DNA from: Acidobacteriota bacterium
GTDB taxonomy: Bacteria; Acidobacteriota; UBA6911; RPQK01; JAJDTT01
Assembly: GCA_965209055.1 (NCBI GenBank)
Contig: OZ242374.1
Span: 2,144,001 to 2,208,000, forward strand
Length of the DNA: 64,000 nt
Direction: 5' to 3'
Positions within the stretch are counted from its first letter, which is position 1. Each line of letters begins with the position of its first letter. Under the pieces are notes generated by a model. That model saw only the letters and a list, made by a program, of their open reading frames with translations. It was not told where the DNA came from and ran no database searches. The position numbers and the translations under genes are program-made. This document shows, piece after piece, positions 47,034-56,756 of this stretch.

Positions 47034-49361
47034 ATGGACAAGCGAGACCTCTCAGAACGCGACATCTGCATGAAGTTCATCACGCCCGCCCTGCGCAATG
47101 CCGGGTGGGACGAGATGTCTCAGATTCGCGAGGAGGTGAGCTTCACCAAGGGCCGCATCATCGTGCGGGGCAAGCTGGTCGCACGCGGCAAGGGTAAACG
47201 CGCCGACTACATCCTTTACTTCAAGCCAAACATCCCGATCGCGGTGATCGAGGCGAAGGACAATTCCCACAGCGTCGGCGACGGCATGCAGCAGGCTCTG
47301 GATTACGCTGAGATCCTGAACGTTCCCTTCGCGTTCTCTTCGAACGGCGACGGCTTCGTGTTCCACGACCGTACGGGGGCCAGTACACCGCTTGAGTCGA
47401 ACCTTTCTCTCGAAGACTTTCCGTCACCCACCGACCTGTGGGCGCGCTATCGGGTCTGGAAGAGCCTGACGCCGGAAGCCGAGGAGATCGTCCTTCAAGA
47501 CTATTTCGAGGACGGCAGCGGCAAGACGCCGCGCTATTACCAGGTTAACGCCATCAACGCGACAATCGAGGCCATCGCCAAGGGGCAGGACCGTATCCTG
47601 CTCGTCATGGCCACGGGTACGGGCAAGACGTACACTGCCTTCCAGATCATCTGGAGGCTGTGGAAGGCGCGCCGCAAGAGACGCATCCTGTTCCTCGCCG
47701 ACCGCAACGTGCTCGTCGACCAGACGATGACGAACGATTTCCGCCCGTTCGGCGGCACGATGACCAAGCTCTCGCGCCGCATCGACCCCGCCTACGAGGT
47801 CTATCTCGGCCTCTATCAGGCAATCACCGGACCGGAGGAACGCCAGAAGACGTACCGAAAGTTCTCGCCGGAGTTCTTCGATCTGATCGTGATCGACGAA
47901 TGTCACCGGGGCAGTGCCGCCGCCGATTCGGCATGGCGCGAGATCCTCGAGTACTTCTCCTCCGCAACCCAGATCGGCCTGACCGCCACGCCGAAGGAGA
48001 CGAAGTACGTCTCCAACATCGCCTATTTCGGGAAGCCGGTTTACTCCTACTCCTTGAAACAGGGCATCCAAGACGGTTTCCTCGCGCCCTACAAAGTGGT
48101 CAAGATCCATATCGATCGCGACATCGAAGGCTACCGCCCAGAGAAGGGCAAGCTCGACCGCGACGGCGCGAAAATCGAGGACCGCATCTACAACCTTACG
48201 GACTTCGACCGGACGCTGGTCATCGACGAACGAACAACAGTCGTCGCGCATAAGGTCACGACTTTCCTGAAGGAGAGTGGCGACCGCTTCCAGAAAGCGA
48301 TCATCTTTTGCGTCGATCAGGAACACGCCGCGCGGATGCGCCAGGCACTGATCAACGAGAACGCGGATCTCGTCGAGGGCAACTCACGTTACGTCATGCG
48401 GATCACCGGTGGCGATGCTGCGGGACAGGCCGAGCTCGGGAACTTCATCGACCCGGAATCGAGATATCCTGTTCTGGTCACCACGTCGCGCCTGCTATCC
48501 ACCGGCGTCGATGTCCAGACTTGCCGGTTGATCGTTCTCGACCGAAAGGTGGGGTCGATGACCGAGTTCAAGCAGATCGTCGGACGCGGTACCCGCGTTC
48601 ACGAAGACACAGGAAAGTTCTACTTCACGCTTATCGACTTTCGGGGGGCCACCGATCATTTCGCCGACCCGGATTTCGACGGCGAGCCGGCCCAGATCTA
48701 CAGGCCGGAAGAAGGCGGTCCGATCGTGCCACCCGATGGGCCGGATACTGGCGGCGACGGGAACGGCGAGGTGGATACACCGCTGCCTGGACCACAGAAG
48801 AAAGTCTATGTCGATGGTGTTGAAGTGGCCATCGTCGCCGCCCGGGTGCAATACCTCGACGGGCACGGCAAGCTGGTTACGGAGTCGTTACGTGATTTCA
48901 CGAGGAAAGCCCTGCGCCGGCGCTTCGCGAGCCTTGACGACTTCCTGAACCGTTGGAACGCCGCAGAGCGCAAGCAGGCGATCATTGATGAAATGGAGGC
49001 CGAGGGCCTGCCGCTGACCGTGATCGCCCAAGAGCTGGACAAGGATCTCGACCCCTTCGATCTCGTCTGTCACATCGCCTTCGACGCCAAACCGCTGACC
49101 CGCCGCGAGCGAGCCGAGAACGTCAAGAAGCGGGATGTGATTACGAAATACGGAGGTCAGGCTCGCGCTGTGCTGGACGCGTTGCTCGACAAGTACTCTG
49201 ACGAGGCTATGCTAAATCTGGACGACGCCAACGTGCTGAAGATCCCGCCCCTCGATAGCCTCGGAACGCCGGTCGAACTGGTCCGCGCCTTCGGCGGGAA
49301 GCCCGGTTTTCAGCAGGCCGTGCATGATCTTCAGTCCGCTCTCTACCGGGAGATCGCCTGA
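47034..49361 (+). CDS. hsdR: Type I restriction enzyme R subunit (EcoAI-like, type IB)
   Basis: LSERDIC, ADY..VIEAK, ATGTGKT, DECHR, GLTATP, QIVGRGTR. Confidence 0.95.
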   Translation: MDKRDLSERDICMKFITPALRNAGWDEMSQIREEVSFTKGRIIVRGKLVARGKGKRADYILYFKPNIPIAVIEAKDNSHSVGDGMQQALDYAEILNVPFAFSSNGDGFVFHDRTGASTPLESNLSLEDFPSPTDLWARYRVWKSLTPEAEEIVLQDYFEDGSGKTPRYYQVNAINATIEAIAKGQDRILLVMATGTGKTYTAFQIIWRLWKARRKRRILFLADRNVLVDQTMTNDFRPFGGTMTKLSRRIDPAYEVYLGLYQAITGPEERQKTYRKFSPEFFDLIVIDECHRGSAAADSAWREILEYFSSATQIGLTATPKETKYVSNIAYFGKPVYSYSLKQGIQDGFLAPYKVVKIHIDRDIEGYRPEKGKLDRDGAKIEDRIYNLTDFDRTLVIDERTTVVAHKVTTFLKESGDRFQKAIIFCVDQEHAARMRQALINENADLVEGNSRYVMRITGGDAAGQAELGNFIDPESRYPVLVTTSRLLSTGVDVQTCRLIVLDRKVGSMTEFKQIVGRGTRVHEDTGKFYFTLIDFRGATDHFADPDFDGEPAQIYRPEEGGPIVPPDGPDTGGDGNGEVDTPLPGPQKKVYVDGVEVAIVAARVQYLDGHGKLVTESLRDFTRKALRRRFASLDDFLNRWNAAERKQAIIDEMEAEGLPLTVIAQELDKDLDPFDLVCHIAFDAKPLTRRERAENVKKRDVITKYGGQARAVLDALLDKYSDEAMLNLDDANVLKIPPLDSLGTPVELVRAFGGKPGFQQAVHDLQSALYREIA

Positions 49362-49364
49362 GAG

Positions 49365-50816
49365 ATGTCCGTCAGCACACTCGTCAAGTCGATTCAGAAC
49401 ATCATGCGCCAGGACGTGGGCGTCGATGGCGATGCGCAGCGCATCAGCCAACTGTGCTGGATGTTCTTCCTCAAGATCATCGACGATCAAGACCAGGAGC
49501 TCGCAGTTCTCAAAGACGGATACCGTTCGCCCGTACCTGACCCTTTGCAATGGCGGAGCTGGGCCGGCGACCCGGAAGGCATCACGGGCGATGATCTGCT
49601 CGACTTCGTCAACGGCGATCTCTTTCCGAAGCTGAAGGAACTTCCGCGCAGGGCCGGCCCTCGCGCCAGCGTCGTGCGCGACGTGTTCGAGGACGCATAC
49701 AACTACATGAAGTCCGGCCAGCTGCTGCGGCAGGTCGTCAACAAGATCAACGGAATCGACTTCAACAACCTGACCGACCGGCGGCACTTCGGAGACATCT
49801 ACGAGCAAGTCTTGAACGATCTGCAATCGGCCGGCAATGCGGGCGAATACTACACGCCACGCGCCGTGACCTCGTTCATGGCCCAAATGATCGACCCGAA
49901 GCCGGGCGAGACCCTGCTCGATCCGGCGTGCGGCACGGGCGGGTTCCTCACCTGCGCCGTCCGGCACATGCGCGAACGGTACGTGAAGCGGCCGGCGGAC
50001 GAGGCGAGAATGCAAACCTCCCTTCGGGCGGTAGAGAAGAAGCCGCTTCCCCACATGCTTGCTGTCACGAACATGCTCCTGCACAGCATCGAGGATCCGT
50101 CCTTCCTGAGCCACGACAACACGCTGGCGCGCCCCTACATCTCCTGGGGCCGGGACGAGCGCGTGGACATCGTGCTGACCAATCCGCCGTTCGGCGGCAA
50201 GGAGGAGGACGGCATCGAGTCGAACTTCCCGAAGCACTTCCAGACGCGCGAGACGGCGGACCTGTTTCTCGCCCTGATCATCCGACTTCTGAAACTCGGC
50301 GGCAGGGCTGCCGTGGTCCTTCCTGACGGCTCCTTGTTCGGCGAGGGTGTCAAGACACGGCTCAAAGAGCACCTGATGAGGGAATGCAACCTTCACACCA
50401 TCGTGCGCCTGCCGAACTCGGTGTTCCGTCCCTACGCTTCGATCGGGACGAACTTGTTGTTCTTCGAGAAGGGAAAATCGACCAAGGACGTCTGGTTCTG
50501 GGAACATCTCGTTCCCGAAGGCCAGAAGGCCTATTCCATGACCCGGCCCATACAGCTGGAGCATCTCAAGGACTGTGCCGCTTGGTGGGGCGGGGAGGAA
50601 CGTAAGAGCCGCGAGGAAGGTGAACGAGCTTGGAAGGTGACTGCCGAAGAGATCACGGCGCGCGGCTACAACCTCGACATCAAGAATCCTCACACCGAAG
50701 AAGATGACCTTGGCGATCCCGAGACGCTTCTGGAGGAGCTGACGCGTGCCGAGACCGAGGTGATATCAGTACGAAACCAGTTGAAAGGAATCCTGACAGA
50801 GGCGCTGTTGCGGTGA
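49365..50816 (+). CDS. hsdM: Type I R-M methyltransferase subunit (m6A)
   Basis: GEYYTPR, DPACGTGG, NPPF. Confidence 0.95.
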   Translation: MSVSTLVKSIQNIMRQDVGVDGDAQRISQLCWMFFLKIIDDQDQELAVLKDGYRSPVPDPLQWRSWAGDPEGITGDDLLDFVNGDLFPKLKELPRRAGPRASVVRDVFEDAYNYMKSGQLLRQVVNKINGIDFNNLTDRRHFGDIYEQVLNDLQSAGNAGEYYTPRAVTSFMAQMIDPKPGETLLDPACGTGGFLTCAVRHMRERYVKRPADEARMQTSLRAVEKKPLPHMLAVTNMLLHSIEDPSFLSHDNTLARPYISWGRDERVDIVLTNPPFGGKEEDGIESNFPKHFQTRETADLFLALIIRLLKLGGRAAVVLPDGSLFGEGVKTRLKEHLMRECNLHTIVRLPNSVFRPYASIGTNLLFFEKGKSTKDVWFWEHLVPEGQKAYSMTRPIQLEHLKDCAAWWGGEERKSREEGERAWKVTAEEITARGYNLDIKNPHTEEDDLGDPETLLEELTRAETEVISVRNQLKGILTEALLR

Positions 50817-52609
50817 ATGCCGACCGCCTTTTCGCTCTCTACGACCGTGTTGCCGAGGCCCCGGCCGCCGTTGACCGCCTGCGCCGCTTCGTGCTGGATC
50901 TCGCTGTGCGCGGCAAGCTGGTGGAGCAGGATCCGGTGGATGAACCGGCATTGGAATTGCTGAACCGGATTGATAAGGCGAAAGATCTACTGGCAGGATT
51001 CAACCGGGCTAAGAAATCACGAGCACTACCACCGATTAACCCGAGGGAGGTCCCGTTCGAGTTGCCACCAGCTTGGCAATGGGTGTATTTCGGGGACATC
51101 GTCGATTTTTCCGCAGGCCGGACGCCCCCACGGAAAGAACCATCGTATTGGAATACCGGTGATTTCCCATGGATCAGCATCGCCGACATGGCGGACGGAA
51201 AGACCCTTCGATCTACGAAGGAGACTGTAAGCACCGAGGCCCGTCTCAATGTCTTTAAGCGTGAGCCGGAGCCACCCGGCACAATGATCATGAGCTTTAA
51301 GCTCACAATTGGAAAGATCGCCAAGCTGGGCATCCCCGCGTTTCATAACGAGGCAATTATTTCCATTCGGCCACATGTCGGTGAGCTAAACTCCTACCTA
51401 TTCAAGGTTCTACCTGATCTTGCACGGGGCGCCAATACCAAAGGAGCAATCAAGGGCGCAACGCTTAACCGCAAGTCACTTTCGACCATAATGGTCCCGC
51501 TCCCACCCCTAGCTGAGCAGCGGCGCATCGTTGCGAAGGTCGATGAACTCATGGCGGTTTGCGACCGGTTGGAGGAAACACGCACAGCGCGGGAGGAAAC
51601 CCGCGATCGGCTGACCAAGGCCAGCCTGACTCGTCTGATCGAACCCGACATCGACGCGCCGACGTTTCGTTCTCACGCGCACTTTGCTGTTGATGCCCTG
51701 CCAGCGCTGACTGCCCGCGCCGATCAGATCAAGCATCTGCGTCAGACGATTCTCAACCTCGCCGTGCGGGGGAAGCTCGTGGAGCAGGATCCGTCGGATG
51801 AACCGGCGTCAGAACTGATCAAGCGGATCGATGCCGAAAAGCGACGGCTAGTAAAGGCGGGCGTGATTAGGAAGCCGAAACCACTCCCGTCTCTCGAAGG
51901 CACCGAAACCCCGTTCGATCTCCCAGAAGGATGGGCATGGACTCGGCTCGGCCACCTTAGTCAGTTCGTGACCAGCGGTTCTCGCGGTTGGGCTAAGCAC
52001 TATTCCGACCAAGGCGCGATCTTTGTTCGGATGGGGAATCTGTCCAAGGACCACTATCGCCTCCGCCTCGATCAAATCCAGCGGGTGAAGCCGCCGCTGG
52101 GTGGCGAGGGCACTCGAACCCGCTTGAAGGGTGGCGATATCCTCATCTCGATAACGGGCAACGTGGGGATGCTTGGGCTGATTCCAAAGGGGTTTGGTGA
52201 AGCGTACATTAACCAGCACACGGCTATGGTGCGCCCTATGCCCGAGATGAAGGGCCGCTACCTTGCGGAACTGTTCCGTTCGCCGTTCGCGCAGAAACAG
52301 TTCAACAAACCCCAGCGGGGCATCAAGAACAGCTTTCGGTTGACGGATGTGACCCAGCTCTCGATCCCCCTCCCGCCCCTCGCTGAGCAGCGCCGCATCG
52401 TTGCCAAGGTCGATGAACTCATGGCCCTCTGCGGTCGTATGGAGACCGGTCTCGCTGCCACAGATGGCACCCGTACTCGCCTTCTCGATTCCCTTCTACA
52501 TGACGCGCTGGCCTCCGCCGCGTACGAAACCGCGAAGACTACGAGGCCTGAAGCACGAAGTACTTGGCCCGAGAGGGCACGGAGCGGGGGTGTCCCATCA
52601 AGGAGTTAG
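50813..52609 (+). CDS. hsdS: Type I R-M specificity subunit
   Basis: Two TRDs; LAVRGKLVEQDP x2 and PLPPLAEQRRIVAKVDELM x2. Confidence 0.95.
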   Translation: MNADRLFALYDRVAEAPAAVDRLRRFVLDLAVRGKLVEQDPVDEPALELLNRIDKAKDLLAGFNRAKKSRALPPINPREVPFELPPAWQWVYFGDIVDFSAGRTPPRKEPSYWNTGDFPWISIADMADGKTLRSTKETVSTEARLNVFKREPEPPGTMIMSFKLTIGKIAKLGIPAFHNEAIISIRPHVGELNSYLFKVLPDLARGANTKGAIKGATLNRKSLSTIMVPLPPLAEQRRIVAKVDELMAVCDRLEETRTAREETRDRLTKASLTRLIEPDIDAPTFRSHAHFAVDALPALTARADQIKHLRQTILNLAVRGKLVEQDPSDEPASELIKRIDAEKRRLVKAGVIRKPKPLPSLEGTETPFDLPEGWAWTRLGHLSQFVTSGSRGWAKHYSDQGAIFVRMGNLSKDHYRLRLDQIQRVKPPLGGEGTRTRLKGGDILISITGNVGMLGLIPKGFGEAYINQHTAMVRPMPEMKGRYLAELFRSPFAQKQFNKPQRGIKNSFRLTDVTQLSIPLPPLAEQRRIVAKVDELMALCGRMETGLAATDGTRTRLLDSLLHDALASAAYETAKTTRPEARSTWPERARSGGVPSRS

Positions 52610-52666
52610 ACTCGCGGAGTACTCCCCACGTCCGGTCCGGCCGGATTGTTTTGCAAGGATAAGGCT

Positions 52667-53815
52667 ATGATTCGCGTTCCAGTGCCCCCTAAGATGCTTC
52701 GCTGGGCCTGCGAACGTGCCGGTTATGACGTGGCGCACCTTGCGGAACGCATGCCACAGCTTCGGGCCTGGGTCCGACGCGAGAGACAGCCGACGCTGAA
52801 GCAGTTGGAAAAGCTGGCCATAGCTACGCACACGCCCCTCGGCTACCTGTTACTCCCTGAGCCGCCGGAGGAACGCCTTCCGGTCCCGGATTATCGCACC
52901 GTGACGGGCGCTAGGCGAGACAGACCGAGCCCCGACCTGCTTGACACACTCTACACGATGCAACGCCGACAGGAGTGGCTGCGGGAGTCTCTCGTCGAGA
53001 ACGACGCGGAACCATTGGCGTTCGTTGGAAGCGCTCGTCTTGCCGATGATCCGGACGCTGTGGGTCAGGAGATGCGGCGGGCGCTCGGTCTCGATCATGG
53101 ATGGGCTGCGGGGGTCCGCACGTGGCAGGATGCCGTGAGCGAGTTGCGCCGGACGATTGAGCAGATCGGCGTGATGGCGGTGATCAACGGTGTGGTGGGG
53201 AACAACACGCATCGCCGGCTGAGCGTACAAGAGTTTCGCGGCTTCGCGCTCACCGATCCTTACGCGCCGCTGATCTTCGTGAACGGTGCGGATGCGAAGT
53301 CGGCGCAGATGTTCACGCTCGCTCACGAACTGGCTCATATCTGGCTTGGCACGGAGGGGCTCTCCGGCTTCGAGTCTCTTCTTCCAGGTGGTACGGATGT
53401 GGAGGACTGGTGCAATGTGGCGGCGGGCGAGTTCCTCGCACCGGAACGGGAACTCAGAGCGCGTTGGGGGCAAGTCAGACGGGAGGCGAGTCCCTTCCAA
53501 GAACTCGCTCGGACGTTCAAAGTGAGCCCTGTAGTTGCCGCACGCCGAACCTTCGACCTGAATCTCGTCGACCGCAACACCTTCTTCGATTTCTACAAGC
53601 TCTACGTCAATCGAGAACACAAGGCCGGCACGAAGTCGAGTGGGGGCGATTTCTACAACAACCAGAACACTCGTGTTGGCGAGTTCTTTGGGACCCAGGT
53701 GCTGCGCGCAGCGATGGAGGGCCGTATCGGTTTCAAGGAAGCCTATGACCTGACAGGACTGCGTGGGGGAACCTTTCAGAAGTACGCCAAGCGGCTGGGC
53801 GTGGATCTCCCATGA
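52667..53815 (+). CDS. XRE-HTH + ImmA/IrrE Zn metallopeptidase
   Basis: QPTLKQLEKLA HTH; FRGFAL..FTLAHELAH (HExxH). Confidence 0.9.
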   Translation: MIRVPVPPKMLRWACERAGYDVAHLAERMPQLRAWVRRERQPTLKQLEKLAIATHTPLGYLLLPEPPEERLPVPDYRTVTGARRDRPSPDLLDTLYTMQRRQEWLRESLVENDAEPLAFVGSARLADDPDAVGQEMRRALGLDHGWAAGVRTWQDAVSELRRTIEQIGVMAVINGVVGNNTHRRLSVQEFRGFALTDPYAPLIFVNGADAKSAQMFTLAHELAHIWLGTEGLSGFESLLPGGTDVEDWCNVAAGEFLAPERELRARWGQVRREASPFQELARTFKVSPVVAARRTFDLNLVDRNTFFDFYKLYVNREHKAGTKSSGGDFYNNQNTRVGEFFGTQVLRAAMEGRIGFKEAYDLTGLRGGTFQKYAKRLGVDLP

Positions 53816-54336
53816 TGGCGGATCGGACCTATCTCGTGGATTCGGATGTCTTCATCACGGCAAAGAATCTGTATTACTCGTTCGACATCTGCCCCGGTTT
53901 CTGGAAGTGCTTGGTTCACCACCACCGGGAAGGCCGAGTCTTCAGCGTCGACAGGGTACGCAGTGAACTCCTCGCGGGTCACAGGAAGGAGGATCTGGTC
54001 CGGTGGGTGAGGGACGTAGTCCCGAAGGGTTTCTTCCTCCCAGTGGACACCGGCGTGGTCGTTCGTGCGTATATGAACATCATGATGTGGGTCCAACGCC
54101 ATCCGAGATATTTTAACCATGCGAAGGCGAAGTTCGCGACGGGCGCGGACGGCTGGTTGGTCGCATACGCTCAGGTTCACGGCGCAACCATCGTCACCAA
54201 CGAGCAGAGTGCCCCGGAGTCCAGAAAGGAGATCAAGCTGCCCGATGTATGCGATCAGTTCAAAGTGCGGCGGGACAACACGTTTTCCATGCTTCGGGCG
54301 CTGGACATCCACTTCGATTGGGTGGGTGACCGCTGA
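53812..54336 (+). CDS. DUF4411 family PIN-like protein
   Basis: YLVDSDVFITAKNLYYSFDICPGFW..ADGWLVAYA..VTNE..KLPDVC. Confidence 0.85.
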   Translation: MMADRTYLVDSDVFITAKNLYYSFDICPGFWKCLVHHHREGRVFSVDRVRSELLAGHRKEDLVRWVRDVVPKGFFLPVDTGVVVRAYMNIMMWVQRHPRYFNHAKAKFATGADGWLVAYAQVHGATIVTNEQSAPESRKEIKLPDVCDQFKVRRDNTFSMLRALDIHFDWVGDR

Positions 54337-54719
54337 GCGAGTTGTTTCATCCGTAAGTTACCTTCGATCTCTCTCGTCTCAACTACCCCCCGTCTCCGGT
54401 AGATGCCCATCGTCGGAAAGATTCACCGATCGCCGGAGATATCCGCAGTCTCTCAAATCCTGACCCGATAATGGAGATTATGACCAGTGCGTACGCTTCT
54501 CCTGGATCGTACCTCAAGTATGCGAAGACTACCCCCTAAAATGGGGCCGACGGGAAGCGTGATGATGAAGGTGTACACAAGAGCGCGCCAGTGGAACAGC
54601 CAGAAAATCCGCACGCCTTACTCCAGGTGATTCCTCTCCAAAGTTTCCGCATTGTGACTTGGAGCCGTGGTACGATTCGCCCCACGGCGAAGAACCCGGA
54701 TCCGGAAAGGAGGAGATGC

Positions 54720-55805
54720 ATGGGCATCTATAAGGTGAAGGATCGCCGGGGGAGACGACGTTTCGTCGTCAGCAAGTACTGGCCGCACGGATCCGGTCGG
54801 CTTCGAATGTACGCCCCCAATTACCGAAGCGCACAGGCGCTTCAAACACGAATCGAGTCCAGCATCCTGGACGGCACATGGAAGCAACTCAAGCGGGAAC
54901 TCGCCGGTGGGAAACGCACCATCTGGACGGTCCGGAGCTTCTACGAGCGTTTTTTCGAGGAGTATTGCAAACCTCGTCTGCGCTGCTTGCGCCGCTACGC
55001 GCTCTCTTTCAATAGCCTCAACACCATGCTGGGGAACATTCCCCTGAAGGAGTTCCGACGCAAAGACCTGCACCGCTACGTCGCCAAGAGAAAGAAGCAA
55101 GTGCAGCCGGCCACGGTGAACCGCGACATTGCCGCCATCAGCAAGCTGTTTTCCTACGCGCTGGAGTGCGGGGAAGTGGACACGCACCCGCTGGTGAGAT
55201 TCCCCAAACTGAAGGAGCCCAAGAAGGTGTTCCGGCCTTTGACGGTTCAACAGTTCCGCGACCTGGTCGAGGCGGTGGACAACCCCTACCTGCAAGCTAT
55301 GGTTGCGGTGATCGGCGAGACGGGGATACGGAAAGGCGAAGCGTTGTCGCTCACCTGGAGCCGGGTGGACCTGAGTCGGCGGATGTTGTGGGTGGAGTTC
55401 ACCAAGGACGACGAGCCGAGGGAGATCCCGCTCTCGAAGTACGCCACGGGATATCTGGCCGGACTGGTTCGTTACCTGAACACTCCGTACGTCTTTGTCA
55501 ACAGCCGGACCGGAACAAGATGGGTGAATCCCGACAAGTCTCTACGTCGCGCGGCCGAGAGGGTGGGGTTGAAGGTCGGATTTCACGACCTGCGGCGATT
55601 CCGGTGCAGCCACTGGCTGATGCAGGGTGTGGACGTGAGGACGGTGCAGAAGCTGATGGGACACTCATCCATCAGCACGACGATGCGCTACGCGGGGTAC
55701 GTCAGTTCGCATGCGCTCGCAAGCATTCGAGAGGCACAGGCTACCGAAGACTCACAAACGCAACCGGCAACAAACAGGCAACGGGTCGGAAACAAGGGAC
55801 AATGA
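54720..55805 (+). CDS. Tyrosine recombinase/integrase
   Basis: PATVNR, TGIRKGE (R), FTK (K), FHDLRR (HxxR), LMGHS (H), TMRYA (Y); AGGAGG SD. Confidence 0.95.
   Translation: MGIYKVKDRRGRRRFVVSKYWPHGSGRLRMYAPNYRSAQALQTRIESSILDGTWKQLKRELAGGKRTIWTVRSFYERFFEEYCKPRLRCLRRYALSFNSLNTMLGNIPLKEFRRKDLHRYVAKRKKQVQPATVNRDIAAISKLFSYALECGEVDTHPLVRFPKLKEPKKVFRPLTVQQFRDLVEAVDNPYLQAMVAVIGETGIRKGEALSLTWSRVDLSRRMLWVEFTKDDEPREIPLSKYATGYLAGLVRYLNTPYVFVNSRTGTRWVNPDKSLRRAAERVGLKVGFHDLRRFRCSHWLMQGVDVRTVQKLMGHSSISTTMRYAGYVSSHALASIREAQATEDSQTQPATNRQRVGNKGQ
55762..55782 (+). repeat. Putative integrase arm-type site (right)
   Basis: AACCGGCAACAAACAGGCAAC, ~95 bp inside the right core. Confidence 0.65.
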
Positions 55806-55962
55806 TTAGAAGAAAAACTGGGATAAAGGGTTGAGAAGAAAGGATTATTCTTTTAGATCAGTTAGACAGAGCAGCGGATTTCCTACCCCCACTTCCGGTC
55901 CTCCATTTCCACATGCTCATTCCGCCGGGTGTTCGCTGACTCGCCGCCTGGAAAGCGGAATT

Positions 55963-56003
55963 TGTGTAGATCACTGTGTAATATAGTGTGTAGAGTGTGA
56001 CAC
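55963..56003 (+). promoter_or_regulatory. vapBC promoter/operator with repeated TGTGTA boxes
   Basis: TGTGTAGA, TGTGTAAT, TGTGTAGA, TGTGACAC directly upstream of the antitoxin ATG. Confidence 0.45.
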
Positions 56004-56004
56004 G

Positions 56005-56205
56005 ATGGCAACGAACCTTGGAATAGATCCGGATCTGCTCGAACAAGCCTTGGCGGTCAGTGGCGAAAAGACCAAGAAGGCCACCGTCAACCGCGCCTTG
56101 CGGGAATTCATTGCCCGCCGTAGTCAGGAACGACTGCTCGGTCTGTTCGGCACACTGGATTGGAACGACGACTACAACTACAAGCGCGAGCGTTCCCGTC
56201 AGTGA
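56005..56205 (+). CDS. vapB: VapB family antitoxin
   Basis: MATNLGIDPDLLEQAL..TKKATVNRALREFI. Confidence 0.9.
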   Translation: MATNLGIDPDLLEQALAVSGEKTKKATVNRALREFIARRSQERLLGLFGTLDWNDDYNYKRERSRQ

Positions 56206-56606
56206 ACCTGTTCGTGGATACGAGTGTCTGGTCTCTTGCACTCAGGCGTGATTCACCGCCGGAGGTTTCCGAGGTGCGGCGCCTCCGGAAAGCTCTCGTC
56301 GGGGGCACGGTTTACACGACTGGACTAGTGCTTCAGGAATTGTTGCAGGGTTTCCACGGTCCGCGCGCCCGGACACAGCTCATCGAGCGCTTCTCGGACA
56401 TGGCCATGATCGTGCCGACGCGCGGCGATCACATCTCCGCGGCCCGCCTGCGCAACGAATGCCGTCGCCGCGGAATACAGGTGGGAACCATCGATGCGTT
56501 GCTCGCCCAGCTCTGCATCAGCCACAAGCTCGTCATGTTGTCGACTGACCGGGATTTCAGTCATATCGCAACCTGCACGACACTTCGGCTGTGGGGGGCG
56601 AACTAA
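56202..56606 (+). CDS. vapC: VapC/PIN toxin
   Basis: FVDTSVW..QELLQG..TIDALLA..STDRDF; GTGA overlap. Confidence 0.9.
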   Translation: MNLFVDTSVWSLALRRDSPPEVSEVRRLRKALVGGTVYTTGLVLQELLQGFHGPRARTQLIERFSDMAMIVPTRGDHISAARLRNECRRRGIQVGTIDALLAQLCISHKLVMLSTDRDFSHIATCTTLRLWGAN

Positions 56607-56756
56607 CGAACCGCAGAGGTGACTCGCTCGTCGCCTGTTTCTTGTTCTCCTGGCACTCCATGCACCCATTTCGTTTTGTGATGGGTTGCTCGGGAGTGCG
56701 GCGGCAAGAAGGTCGCCGTTGCCCCAGTTTCGTTCCGGATTCCCCCAGACTCCCCC

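Larger units (their letters stand above)
42694..55885. mobile_element. Tyrosine-integrase integrative element (defence island) inserted in a REP-like hairpin
   Basis: Core GGATTTCCTA at 42694-42703 and 55876-55885 (21/25 identity when extended); internal arm-like repeats; integrase next to the right end. Confidence 0.8.

Noticed and set aside
54491-54512. Second DriD-like box upstream of the integrase (GTACG-N12-CGTAC)
   Set aside because: Spacing is one nt off and the inner arms are unmatched; may be chance or another operator
55806-56000. tRNA as integration target
   Set aside because: No cloverleaf, T-loop or CCA end recognisable at either island end
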